This document shows, in pieces, positions 1-13,300 of a DNA stretch of 64,000 bases. Each line of letters opens with the position of its first letter. Position 1 is the stretch's first letter. Source of the DNA: Carcharhinus amblyrhynchos (Eukaryota); the NCBI GenBank assembly GCA_965287045.1, contig OZ336885.1, positions 66,154,001-66,218,000 of the forward strand, given 5' to 3'. Below the pieces are notes generated by a model, which made no database searches, had not been told where the DNA came from, and worked only from the letters and a program-made list of their open reading frames with translations. Made by a program: the position numbers and the translations under genes.

Positions 1-2990
1 TGAGAGAAACAGCAATAAAAGAAAATGTTGAAACTGGGTAACGTTATTGTGATTATTAGTTTAGAAGAGTTACAGAGTGAAAAGTCAGAGAAAATTAAGT
101 TAAAAGTGGAGTTAGAAATTATGAGAGTTAGTTGAGAAGTTAAGAGAAGAAGTAAGTAATTTTGTGGGAAAGTAGATAAGCAGGAACAAAACAAAACAAT
201 ATTGTCTGTGAGTCAGTTTTAAGTTTATCAAGTTAGTGAAAAGAATCCAAGTTCTGATTACTCCAAGTTTCAGCAGGAGATTAATCAATTAAAATCTGAA
301 GTTGACAATGCAGATAAGGATGTTGTCTGTGATCAGTGTGGGACAGCTGAGTCTGAGAGAGATGGTGTTTATGGATTGGGCTGTGGCATTGACTGGGGAT
401 CCCCCCTACCCCCACCTTTTTTTTGGAGGCACCTGATCCCACAGTAAGTTTAGAATTTGCCCCTGGTCTGATGAATTCTGTGACTATTAGTTGCAAGGAA
501 GGAATTACCAGGAGATGTTGTTGATTGGGAGGGAATGAATATTTTAAAGAATCTTAGCACTGTCTCTAGTCACACCCAAGTGGTCCTTTGTTTATTTTAA
601 AAGGAGGGAGTTTGCAGTGTGTGTTATAGAATTTTGAGAGAAAGGAACAATGTTCTCTCAATTTACTAGGAAATTATAAATTAATTGGCAAGATGGAAAA
701 TTGATTAGACTAAATCTAAGGTTGAGCTAATAAGTCAAGTAGTTTTTTTATTTCAGTGTGTTTGTGTGGTCTGGTTACTTGTTGAATGTAGGTGATTGTT
801 GTTGCATTAGATTAACAGCAGGAGTTGTTAAAAGTCTGTTTGTTTTGTGGAGTATTATACAATGCTTTACACTTTGGTTTAACTACAAAGGGGCTGAGGA
901 AGTGTTAAAACTTAAATTTATGTATAAGATTTCTTGAATTTACTTCTGTTTTTGAGTTTAATTACAGTTTGGAAGAAAGAAGAATGAAGACGCCTGTCTT
1001 AATCTATTTTCTGTATTTCCTTTCAATGTTTTATTTTTGTCCCAGTTTAAAATGTTGGACTTGAATGAAAGATAATGTGGAATGAATGTTGGAAGCTTCC
1101 ATGTATGTCTGTGTGTGTTTGGTAAAGTGGTTGTATCAATGTTTTTGTTTTGTTGTTTATTTAATGTGTTAATGTTCTTCTCCTAATTGTGATTTTACAA
1201 CAGTGAGTTTGATACAGATTTTAAATACAAATTGGAAATTGGATTGGATTAAATTGAAATAAATTTTTGGAATTTTCTTAGCCTTTTGAGTATAATCAAT
1301 GGCCATGATTGTGCTTAAAAGGTATAGAATAAATGTGGGATGTTACTTTGAACACAACGTTTGGAAAGTAAATTGAAATTTCAAAATCGAAGAACATAAA
1401 TTGAAGTTTGAAATAACCAATTTGAATTTTGAATAATCCTGAGTTTGAATTTTGTTAAGGATTTAAACCTTGGAGGGAACTATGTGCTCTTTCCTTTGTC
1501 TTGAAGAAATCGTGACATCATCACATCGGAATGTTTTATTTCTTGGGTTTTCTTAATCGATCGAGATTTCACCATCTTCTGTTCCTAATCCGGCAATTAA
1601 ATATTATATATATTGGAGGTTCTAAATTTTATTTTTGTTTTAATTTGACAGTTTTTGAGACCAAATTAATTCATTTGGCTCCAAGCCAAATGTATCTTAT
1701 GTGTTTTGTTTTAAATAGATGGCTGATGAATAACAAGGCCAGCAGCTTCAAGACAAGCAAGATTGTTTATCACAACCGAGTGATAACTGAGACTTGAAGA
1801 GTTTGGCTCATTCAGATTTTCTCACTATTAACTTTCAAACTAAAGTGATTGGTTACACTTAAGCATTACAGTTTGTGACATTTAATTGATAGAACAAATT
1901 GAGTACACAAAATAACCAACTTATAAATGGGAAGTTGCTTAAATTCTAAAGAGATAAATAAGTTTGACAAATAAAGGGTAATGGAAAGACAGTCTGTATG
2001 AGTTTTGTGTTTCAAGGAGGGATGCATTGAAACATATTCTCAGTTTATGATGTAACCATTTGAATGTGAGAAAGTTTTACAAAGCAATATCTGTTTTGTG
2101 GCACTTGTATACTGAGTAAATGTTATCTGTGGTACTCCTCGTGTTCACATGTAATGTTTGTTCAGCTCAATGTATGTAAATGCTAACAAGTTGGGAGTTA
2201 ATTTTTCTGGAAAGTTAAGGGCTCTGGAGAGTGTTAATGACTTTACAACAGATGACGGGATTTTCCTAGTATTTAGTTATTTGGGGTTACAAGAGTAAAA
2301 TGCTTCAAAGGGGAACAAATAAACCCTTTGTGCAAGTTATGTTATTCATAAATAAAATTGGTAAAGTAGACAGAATGCTGGAGGAGTTTCCTCTATAATT
2401 TTGTTAAACAAGTAGAAAATTATTTGAATTACTTCAACTTGTACATTGGTTACAATCTATTAATTGGGTCATAAAAACATACTATGTGTATGCTAGGAGA
2501 CAGATTTTGAGCTGTGACTGGAAGTTTACATCTAAAATGGTAACTGGCAAAAGGTGTTTATTATGCAAATTTGGATAATTTTTAAATTACAAATACTTTG
2601 GAGAGTTAAACCTACCTCTTCAGCACTTTTGAGTGCATGAGCCTCCAGTCCAAATTTAAACGTTGTTTCCCTTTTGCATCTGCATCAAAGATATATTATT
2701 GTCCTATGCATAACTCTGAACCTAAAATGGTGTTTAGAATATCTGATTGTCTGTATTTGTGGGTAACTAGCTTATTGTAATAATGGGGTTTAGAATATGT
2801 GGTTGTTTGTATTTGTATTTGTAGACTGTTGTTGTCTGTAGCTTCTGGAATATGTTGTAGGGATGTATTATTACTGTACATGTCAATACCTGGGCCTTGC
2901 TTGACTGTTGAGTGACTGGGGAATTCCTGACAGATATTGGTCCTGAATTTGTGATCCATCACGCTTTGCGTTCAGGATCAAAGGGGGGAA
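1..2990 (+). mobile_element. Degenerate internal region of an endogenous retrovirus (Gag-like remnant ~61-530), ending in a polypurine tract
   Basis: Frame +1 reads LEELQSEKSEKIKLKVELEI...FQQEINQLKSEV...DWGSPLPPPF with in-frame stops (Gag-like coiled coil plus proline motif). A possible integrase CxxC (RCLLC) lies near 2555. PPT AAAGGGGGGAA sits directly before the LTR's TG at 2991. Confidence 0.65.
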
Positions 2991-3789
2991 TGTAGCCAAA
3001 CAGGCCATCTAAAATGGCGTTTTGTAAAGCACTCTGGGATAACTGGGCAAGAAACTAAACCGACAGGCTGCAGTTTAAAGACAGACAAACAGGCTGCAAC
3101 CCTGATGAGTGAATACACAGGATATGAGCCATCTCCAGGATGAAAGAGACTTTCTGGTCACACTGGGTTGTGTGCCAGACGTAAAGGCACCGTGAATCCT
3201 TATTTAGGAGGAAGGTATGTGACCTATGTGCCTACAACACATACAGGCATGGCCGCCAGGGACACACCCAGAGATCGGTGTGGTAGCACCTGATTGGACT
3301 CTTATCGATCAGGGTGATCAAGTCCTGATCGATTGATTGGCAATGGCCAAAAAAAGGGCGTGAAGCCAAATGGGGTATAAAGGATGCTGCACAACCAGGA
3401 ATCTCTCTCTCTCTCTCTGATCCCACGAACGAGCTACAACAATGGTGAACATTGCCAGCAAGAGGAGAGCCACCACACCCAAGAAGGAAGAAAGAGAGAC
3501 TACAGCCAGAATGCCAGACCAGAGCAAAGGACCAAACTACACAGACAACTACCAAGACCAGCATACAGATAAAGGCCAGTATCTGTTTGGGTATTTGTCA
3601 GTCTCACACAGTTAAGTCAAGGTCTTGTATTGTACTTGAATTCTAGTATTTTCTGTAAGATAACTTATTGTTGGTCGGGTGGGTGATTATTGATTGTGTG
3701 GGTTTAAATAAATATTGTTTGTACTAATAAGACGTCTACTCAAAGTTATTTGTCCACCGTATAAGGGTTAAAACAGGCTGATTTTTACA
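2991..3789 (+). mobile_element. 3' LTR of the ERV
   Basis: Starts TGTAG right after the PPT; TATA-like GGTATAAAGG ~3374; AATAAA ~3707; probable end TTTTACA at 3789 (TGTA..TACA termini). Confidence 0.75.
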
Positions 3790-6636
3790 ACAACACAACA
3801 TGCATGTCAAATTGGAAAACTTCGTGCCTTCGTCAAAGCAAAACAAAACACACTCCACTTCATGGAGATTTTGGCGTTCGACTGAGGTGGGCACAGAAAA
3901 AGGTCCCACACGCGTCGTTAACACCCAACACGTTTATTTGGCAATGCAAGATTTCAGAACGCTGCTTCTTCATTTGCAGGCTGTTCCTTCATTATTCAAG
4001 TGTTGCAGGAGCAGCGTACCAAGAGCTCGAGGTATAAATAAACCTGGTGGGCATTAGTCTGTTGTTGTGAGACTTCATAGCGTGCCCATCCTCCACTTCA
4101 ACATGCTATAGCGAAATCAGTGATGAAGTCTCGATCAGAAAGGCGGTGCAAGTGAAATGAGCACAGTTGACCCCGAACTTGTAACAAACGCATTGCCAAT
4201 ATTTATACGTATATGACTCGAATATGGGTCTCGAATGGACAAGTGTTGAATTTAAACAACATAAGTTAATCGAAGGTAGTTCAACAGAAATAAATAATAA
4301 CAATAATATTGAGCGGGTCGATGCGTTTGGTAGAAGATATGTAAAATTATTCGGCTTACCTTCACCTTGAACTGCATTTCTCTCCATAGGATCGAAACTG
4401 AAAATGAAAGACATAGGTAATTCTAATGGAAATCCAACATTTCTGACAGTTTCCCATCGATAACGCTGGATCTCTGAAACCCATTCCAAGGTGTGAGAGA
4501 GGGACATGCAATTGCAACATTTCACCACAGTGATTGTCTTGAAGACTTAGTGCCCAACCGGTAACATACTCTGTCTTGGCTATTTGTAAAATTCGCGAGT
4601 GATGTTGTACAATCCCGGCGGAGGTTAATGGACTTTTCCATTTTCCACAAGTCGCCTACGCCTATTCCGAGATGAGAGAGAATGCAGATTTTCTGTAAGC
4701 TTGATAAACAATACAAACTAAATGCAATGCCTTTTCTGATATAATCTGTGTATGAAAAATGCTGTGCCAAATAGATAAGTTTGGCTGGAATTTCCAGATG
4801 CAGAAAACGTGATTGCTTCCAAAAACAGAAATCAAACAACATTTTGTGCGTAAAAATTCTTTAGTGCTTAGTAGGTTAGGATAATTTTGAGGTAGCAGGT
4901 ATATGGCTTGTGTAACACGACCTCTTAGAGAGTTTGCGCAGACTTCTTGGTCAAATCGTCTCCTTCTGCCAGTAAGGATACTATGAAATATGTTATTAAG
5001 CCCACTCGAGTCCCTAATGCTGTCATGATAAATTAAAGGTAAATTTGTATACATGAGTATTCTTCCAATGGATAAAATAAATCACGGAGTTCTCAAGCAG
5101 AGTGTTTTCAATACGTTATAGAACTAAATGGAATTTGAAAAGTGTTCCGTGATCCAGATAGGAAAGTTGGTCCACCCATTGAAGACAGGAACCAATGTAT
5201 ATGTATAATTGAAACACTTGCTGCGTAACATTTCTCTTCAAATTAGTTGATCGGCAGAGAACTGTCAACATTCGCAGAAGTTATCAATTACAAGGCAAGT
5301 GCACTGTTAAATTGGTGGCAATACCGAAAGGTTTACACATCGTTGAGAGTTTGGTCAGTCATCACTCAATCGTTTTTGAGATCTTCGACTGGAGTTGGAA
5401 TTTATCCGAACCAATGTGTTTGCTGAACATAGTTTGGTTTTAGTGACATCATGAATTAGAGGGCTATTGAAGTAGCTTCACATTTTCGTGTAGAGGTGAA
5501 GATTCAGAAAATGGGGGCAGTCCATAAGGAGTCAAAACAACAACAATGTCACACTTTCGCCAAACTTGGCCATGCAACGAGTGAATGCCCGAACAAGAAT
5601 AGTTAATGCAAGAACTGTGGAAAAATGGGTCACATTTTAAAAGTTTTATTGGTTAGACGAGTATTCCCTGAGAAGTGTGCTCTGGAGAACAGATATACAA
5701 GTCGCATGATGGTCAAGTTAGAGTTGAATGGATAAAGTGAGTTGCAGCTTCTCCATTTATACTGTGGCACGTTTACTTTTCGATTTGTTGGATCATGACT
5801 GAAGAAGGTAAAGTGCAAGTGGAGTGCCGTCAACAGTTTGGTGGATGTCAAGACGACCTACAACATATTCTGGATAAACAGAAAAATGTCTCTGAAAATA
5901 TACATTTTTCAACAATGGAAGCTGAAGTCAAACTCAAGACAAACCCGAATAGTTGAAAAAAAATGTCGAACGAAAAGAGCTGTACAATATGCAGATACGA
6001 CAACACCACGTCATAAGCTTGAAAAATAACTCATTGGAATTTTTAACGCAGGCACTTCGGAGCTATTTCAATGATTGATCGAATAACCATGCCACACCTG
6101 CCATGAATAAATAGGGTTTCGTTAGTATTTGTTGTGATCTTTAATGAACACTCATTCCACAGCTGAGTGCAGACGAACGTCTATTTGTTTAAAATAATTG
6201 AAGATGCTTTCGCTGGGTTAGCAGATGGGCGACATGCAGCAAGTATGCTATTTTGCAGGCAAATCTTCAGATGAATGCAGTAGATGCATCTCAACAGTGC
6301 TGTATCCGGTTTCTCACATAGATATTTCGTTTTAAAATATTCCCTTTTGGAATAAGATCCGAACAAGCCATTTTCAAAAGAGCCATGAGTACGATTTTAA
6401 GTGGTCTCTGTGGTTGCTATTCTGATAACCAATTCCATTGATAAGGTTAGAAACATCCAAAGAACAATTCAATCCCATGGTTTGCCTATCAAGAAAGAAA
6501 GGCATAGGTCATTCTCATAATTTGGAAATGCCTTTGATAGAAATTGTCTGCATAAATCGCAGAAAATATGACATTTTTTAGAAGGATTATGTCCGAAAAA
6601 ATGTAACGGAATTGATGTTGTTTCTGTGCTTATTAA

Positions 6637-6972
6637 AGAACAAAAGAACAAAGAGCAACACAGCACGGGAAACAGGCCCTTCGACCCAACGAGCCCGCGC
6701 CGCCATCTTAAAGCATTTCCCTACACCTACCTCGACCTGTGTGTATGCCTATGGTACCCCCATTGGAAACCAGATTCAGGGGAGAATAAGTTAGGGACAA
6801 TTTGTTACACCAATCAGCCTAAGAGCACATTTTTGGGGTGTGGCAGGAAACCGGAGCACCCAGAGGAAACCCACGCAACCACAGGGAGAATGCGCAAATT
6901 CCCACAGACAATGGCCCAAATCCATGTATCTGCACAGCTAGCAGTGATAGTCACTGAGCTGTTGTGGTGCCC
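6637..6972 (-). mobile_element. HE1-like tRNA-derived SINE inserted in the Gypsy RT
   Basis: Contains GGAAACCGGAGCACCCAGAGGAAACCCACGCA..ACAGGGAGAATG (reverse of the SINE core) and a CR1-type tail ACAGGCCCTTCGACCCA. Confidence 0.75.
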
Positions 6973-7139
6973 ATCTGCTGGTCCAGTTTTAAGCACACAA
7001 AAGGACGCGAAGTACTAGGCCACTCTCGAAACATCCAAAAGCAGCCCACGCGCGACCCACCGCGTGCATGCCCCTCGTTAGACAACAAGGTGGACCGACA
7101 AACCTGCGGAGTAAAAGAGACAAAACATCAACACACGTA

Positions 7140-7435
7140 TCGTTAGATTCCCAGTAACGTCCGGAGGCTCTGACACTTTTAAAAACCGTCTCCTTGAACC
7201 CTCCACCCCTGTTTCACTCGTGTGCCTATCTAAGTAAACCTTAAACAAGTCCAGCGTGCCTGCCTCCTTCACCTTACTTGCTAGTTCATTCCATACTCCC
7301 ACGACCCTCGACGTGAAAAACCTTCCTCTAGTATCCAAATTATACTTCTCCCCCCTCACCCTTAGCTCGTGACCCCTCGTAATATTTGTCTCCAATCTAG
7401 GAAAAAGCCTGCCACTTTTTACTCTATCTATACCC
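7140..7435 (-). mobile_element. CR1 LINE 3' ORF2 fragment
   Basis: ORF 7078-7395 contains TRGHELRV..GRFFTSRVVGVWNEL, the CR1 ORF2 C-terminal motif. Confidence 0.85.
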
Positions 7436-7769
7436 TTATTGTTTTGTTTTGGAAAATATATTCCAAACTTGGCTTTGATATTAAAACCGCTGCATAATCT
7501 ACTTTGTGAGAATGATTTTTGTGATTGGACGACATTATATGAAAGTGTATGAGACGATTTAAGAGGTAATTTGAAGCATTCTGAATTACCAGTGTTTGTA
7601 CTCGAAATGTACCATTTTTGAGTGATTTCAAAATTACACTTTATAGATTAGGATTTGTTCTTGCACATACCATGCCTTCGGATGGTTAAAATCAATAGCA
7701 GTTGCTTCGTCTGTCCTGACTCCTGGTGAATCCACATTTGCACAGCCAGTAATTGTTTATGATTGAACG

Positions 7770-8068
7770 CTTATTTAGCAGTGTCACAAGTCTGCTTACA
7801 TTAACACAGTAATGACGTTCCACTGAAAAATATCCGAATCGTCAAACGTTGGTGACTGTCTGGGTGATCTCAGGGAGAATTCAGCATGGCCAATGCAAGT
7901 AACCAGTTTGCCCTTCGGACTGTCAGAGGAAGTAAGAGTACGTGGAGGAAATCCATCCAGACAAGGGAGTAACATGCAGACCCAACAGACAGTGACCCAG
8001 ATGGTAACCGAATCCGTGTTCCTGGTGCTGTGAGACAGCAGTGCCAAGCATTTGCCGCCGTACCGCCA
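7770..8068 (-). mobile_element. HE1-like SINE inserted in the Gypsy RNase H
   Basis: GGGAGAATTCAGCATGGCCAATGCA..CTTCGGACTGT..CAGACAGTGACCCA..CCTGGTGCTGTGAGACAGCAGTGC. Confidence 0.75.
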
Positions 8069-10340
8069 GTAAATTAAGGCCCCGGCCCCAGCTAAACCTT
8101 TGATTGTATTTTTTTTCAAGTAGAAGTCAAATGAGCTATCCATTGCGCAACACAATGAACATGATTTTGGCGCACAAATAGCTTCATGATCATTTTCTAT
8201 GGTCATCGTTTCTCCCTATTGACTGACGATGACAATTAATTCTTATTTTTGAGCTGTATAAAGTTATGTCGTCCATACTTGCTACCCAATTCCGAAGCAG
8301 ACGACTTCTCATATCTGCACACTCTGATGTGATAATGTTTAGTCGATCAGCGTGCGGTGCCAATCATATTTAATTAAGTGATTACAGCAGATGCCGCCAG
8401 CTAGTTTTGCTGATGTTGTTTATTTTTAGCTGACAAATTGTTTGTCTGTGACAGGTTGTCAAATTCAGCGAACATACCAGCGATGGTTCCATGGTGGGTG
8501 ATATAATGAACATGCCACTGAGAGGAAATACTGCTGAAAGGCAAGCTAATTTGTTAACATAGATGTTATTAAACCTGGTTGAACATCCGTGTCTATTTTG
8601 TATAATTCCGGAGATGAGTTCTCCTCGTCTGAGTTGAAGAGTTAGTGACCAACGACACGAGGGAATTCCGGGCACAGTGAGGACGAAGCAAGGATCACGT
8701 AACGATTGTTGTTTGTGGGCAGATCTGGACGCTCAGAGTGATGCAAATTTTGAACATATCGATTCTGTGCACAGGTAGGAAACACGTCACTGCTATTTCA
8801 ATTGCATTCTTTAAGTCGCCTAAAATGCCATTGCAATGGTTGTCTATAGATCCTAGTTGTCAACTTGAGGATTAATTATTGTTAGTCGTAAAGGCTGTAT
8901 CCTCAAACTGGCCAGGATCTGATAGTCTGTAATATATTTCAGTCAATCGAACCATTGGAAAACTTGATGTACGTTGGAAAACTTGGTGTGCCAGAGCAGA
9001 TGGTTACACATAATGGCTCAACGTTTTTTGTTCCTTTCGCGACAATATCCTGGTTGTGTCAATTAAATGCTCCTCAGCAGGAAACAAAAAACGATAAAAC
9101 TTAACCTTTCAATGATCAATCAATGGATAGACTGAATATCTGAGAAAATCGTCAAAGAATAGAGAAATAATCAAGAGAGCAAAGTCCATTATCAAGTTGT
9201 GTGAATAACTGTCGAACATTTTTTTAGAAACACTATTCATGCAATTGCCAAAAGTTCGCCTGCTTATTACCCCTACAGAGGTCGCTGAAAATGTGTTTTA
9301 TTCATTATTATATCCCAAAATTTCTAAAAGTGTAGACCATTGATGACAATCTGAATTTGATTGATAAGACGTTAGGGCAGAACGACACTCATGACATCAA
9401 GAATGATGAGTGTAAGCACATAATATGTGACTACTGATGAATGAGCAAAGGCAATGCTCGTGGAAGAAAACGCCAAATTTCCAGCATGGAGAAAACCAAA
9501 TAGTAATTAGTTTGGCGACGTCATCTGACAGGTTGGTGTCATCGTGAAAGGATTATATCAAATTATTCATTCCCGGATATTTTGAATACTTCTACGGATG
9601 GGCTAATTATCCAAAGTTGCCTAATGATTGCTCCCTGCTTTAGGGCCATGGCACCAAGAGAAGACATGCCTCCCGTAATTCTAAATCAAACTCTTGGATG
9701 AAGGGAAACCAAACTCGAGAATGTTGCGAGCAACCAAGGAGATAGATGTATTCTCCTGATTGACTTCCTTATTTGCTGTCTATAATGACTAATGATTTAC
9801 GTGTTGAGCTCAGAACATTATTTGCCCTATCAGGAACAATATTGTTTTGGTGCCATGACCATAGAAGTAAAGGTTTAAGACTCTATTTATTTTAGCGGCT
9901 GAATGATTGCATTCAGATATCATCACACGACACAGCAGCAATGCCACGACGTTGTTGCACAGGCAGCAGGTTAGTTTCATTTCCTAATCTGTTTACAACG
10001 TGTACCTAAACTAAGTCCAATTTTATTACCTTCCATCTATGTGATCAAACCACGCCATGTTTCTGTTTAAACCGTAAAATGTCTTTCATAGTTTGGATAT
10101 TGAAGTGGACAGCAGATATTGGCTGTTTTGTTGCATTAGCGTTAAGGTCATCTCGTTTATTATTAACATTGAAGTGAAATATTGTCTATGTCTGGATAAA
10201 TTCCGAGGCATCTACAATTGCAACATTGTGGCCTAACAGCGTTTGTTCCTTTTATCCTGATTTTTCCTGATTTTCCACCTTAAGACAATTCCGAATCTGT
10301 CTAAGTGAGAAATTTGAAAATATGTTTTCCCTCAATTTAG

Positions 10341-10376
10341 ATCTAGCAACAAACCAGGAAACTATAGATGACTTAG
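10341..10376 (+). CDS. Micro-exon 1, type A, 36 nt: (x)LATNQETIDDL
   Basis: gttttccctcaatttag|ATCTAGCAAC...GATGACTTAG|gtaggt; phase 1-1. Confidence 0.85.
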
Positions 10377-13300
10377 GTAGGTTTAATTATCGTTACCGTC
10401 AAAATCGTTCATGACTGTTAACATGGTTGATTCAAAATCTATTCTTTTTCTCTCTCTGCAATGTTTAGTAAAGAAGTGAAAGTATTACTTCTGGGTGTAC
10501 AGCAAATATATTGGCGTTGCTTGGCCAAAATATTGAATCGCAAAACTTCTGGCAATTTATTGGAAATGAAAATCAAGATGGTGTCACACATGGCAGCCAA
10601 CGTCTCACGAGAAACTCAGCGCTCTTTGAGAAATTGTGCCTGCACATTAGTACATTGCAGTTAATTATGTGAGCTTAACTGTCATGAACATTGAAAACCC
10701 AAATGGCAATTGAAACAGAACAAGAGCAGACGTGACTGTATCTGTTCAACTCAGTGCTAATTATATCGTTGACTAATGGCATGTAATGAATCTAGCCGAT
10801 CTGCGAGGTGAACCCAGAATAAATTCGTCTGGGGCACGACCATCACTATTCGTCTCCTATGAGAACCAAGTGAAATCATTGGATGGTCGTGGCTATGGCC
10901 GCGCATTGTCCATTGGGCAGTGGTTGCCTGGCAGTCCCCAAATGGAATGTTATGCGCCTCCACCTGTAAACTTAATAGAGCCGCTTGCGCACCGTGTGTA
11001 TGCCAAGTGCAGGGCCAAGGCTGCGTAGCTTGAGTGGTGTTGGTTGTTAAGTGCGGGCATGGCTAAGACAGAGGACAATACGATGATGTAGTGAGGGCGC
11101 CTGGTGGAACACTGCCTCGGGTCATGCAAAGGACAATGTTAGGGTGTTGTCATGGGTGATTATGCAAGCAGACGTGACGACATGTGAAAGCAAAGGTGCA
11201 GGGTGTGCCCTGTAGGGAGGTGGTAGGGCAGGAAGTAGGTCTGACTTGATGGCTGGAGGAGGGTCGGGGGCAGTTGGCGTGCGTGGAGGCGATGGAAGGG
11301 GAGGTGAGGAGTAGATGCACTGAAATGGCAGGCAGTGTTGGCTGTGTTGTGCCTTTGCCTCGCCCCAACTGCACACACATTCCAACTGTCAAAAAATGGC
11401 AGTGTTTGGGAAGATTGGGCTGGCGTGTTCGAAGAAAAAACCTCTGTGAAGCGTAATGATTTCCAGACGTTCCTGACAGCTAGATAGTCTAACCATAACT
11501 GCGGCAGTTTAAATACATTCAAGTACAACTCTAATAACATTCAAGAAACTTAATAGCATTAAGGAGCATGGAGCTTCCTTGACTACCAAATCATTCACCA
11601 CCTATATTTTGTACATCGCCAAATCCTCGCAACTGCAACAATTCCTCTCCAGCAAGACGGCATTAAATTGACAACAATATTCAGGGTCATAACCTACAAT
11701 TAAGTATAGGTCCAGGATCCACCTCTCAAGGGCACTAACAGTGTACGCACAATTCGTGAAACAATACTTTTCAAGATGACGGCTCATCGTTTCCCCAGCA
11801 ACCCCGTGAAATAACGTTGTTTTTAAAAACAAAAAAAACAAGCAATCGAGTAACATCGATGCTTACATCGGATTCTAACATAGACGAAGTTATGAAATCG
11901 ATAAGACGAAAACCCTAATGTTGAAAATCTAAAGTTGCATCAGTAAGTTTTACATCTAGCGTGAATCTCTTACCCTTCACCACCGCCCCTCGCCCGACGC
12001 CGCCACCACGAAATTCAGTTCGTTAACGTGTGCTGTTTGAATGAATGTTAGTACAGATTTGCTTTGTTTTTCGCTGAAACTCCATTCTTTCAAAAACAAG
12101 CCTCCACAACCTTCGACTCCAGCCTCAATCCCTCACAACCCCGAAGTAAATGGCAATTCCATTTGACCTATGTGTTCTCTAGACTGAAAGTACAGAGCTT
12201 GTTCTTCCTTCAATAAGTATTTTTCTGTTTGAACTATGTGTTTTCTCTGACGTTTCCCGGAACTCGTATTCATTGCTGTATGACAGTGGGAAATTATTCA
12301 GGCTTTTGACTGCTTGCCAGCTCTCTGTTAAATTTAAAGAGGTTATTTGTTAATGAGACTTGCGGGCGTATTTTGCACCTTGTACAAATCTTTATTGAAG
12401 ATTCCCGCAGGAAGTGTACACTTTGAAAACAAATGGCGAGGCTGGTCCTGAAATGCGCAACATTCCGATGTTGTGAATGATCAAGCTATGAGGACGCGTA
12501 GAGATTGGGGCACTGTCAAGGTTATATATAGGAAGCAAGAATGTTGCACGATACAATAATTTGGTCTACATATTGTAAATAGAGGGAAGAAATTAGCGTG
12601 AATCGTTCCACTTAGCGTCCACCTTTTTTTTCCGACTGATAACAAAGCACGTTCGGTTTCTGTCCTTAAGCTAACGTGTTATTCGTGTCTGAGTTGCATG
12701 CAACACATCAATGTTTGGCTTGCAAAGTATTTCGAGGTCAGCATTATGCAGTAACCAATAATGAATCGTTAGCCCATAAATGTTTGTTGCAACATGCTCA
12801 TGCCATGTACAACATGCAATAGCACTCGAAACCTGGATTCATAAATTTGAGTGTGGTTTATTCAAGTTATGGGCAGGCTAGAAATAAAGTAGTTCGCTCA
12901 GCATTTTGGAAGAATCGTGTGCATGCTGGACTGGACAATCACAACTATTGCCGTATTCTGAAAACTGCACCTAAGTACAACAACACAACTGAACAGTCTG
13001 AGATGACTTCGCAGATAGTTTCATGTATGGCAGCTTTGCACTCTCAAAGTTCCTCATTTGTTCCTGAACAGGGGATAAATTGAAATCGAAGAACGCAGGT
13101 AAGCATGTTTGTGTGTCACAGACTTTATCCAATAAACTTACCTTCAAAATGTAAATGTTTTCTTGGCAGAAATGTGATTCGAGGAGGAAATGTCATGAGA
13201 ACTGAGGCAGATTTAATGAACTAACCTGTTCTCCACTGGCAAAAAAAAACGAGCACACGGCGCGCGCTGACAAAATAATATTGGTAAAAGGCGGGGAAAC

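Larger units (their letters stand above)
5150..9800 (+). mobile_element. Heavily decayed Gypsy/Ty3 LTR retrotransposon (gag zinc knuckle, RT, RNase H, integrase), interrupted by SINE/LINE insertions
   Basis: Zinc knuckle CHTFAKLGHATSECPNKNS*CKNCGKMGHILKV at ~5547-5645. RT-like IEDAFAGLA and FPFGIRSEQAIFKRAMSTILSGL at ~6195-6410; PKNVTEL ~6595; GKYIPNLALILKPLHNLL ~7450. RNase H AHTMPS..IAVAS ~7660. Integrase-like HEGIPG ~8655 and LGVPEQMVTHNG ~8985. The order RT-RH-INT is that of Gypsy. Confidence 0.85.

Noticed and set aside
4360-4397. Minus-strand 38-nt segment with strong acceptor and donor (ctttcattttcag|...GTGAAG|gtaagc)
   Set aside because: Isolated, not a multiple of 3, wrong strand for the micro-exon series, and no partner exons found; a non-coding antisense exon cannot be excluded
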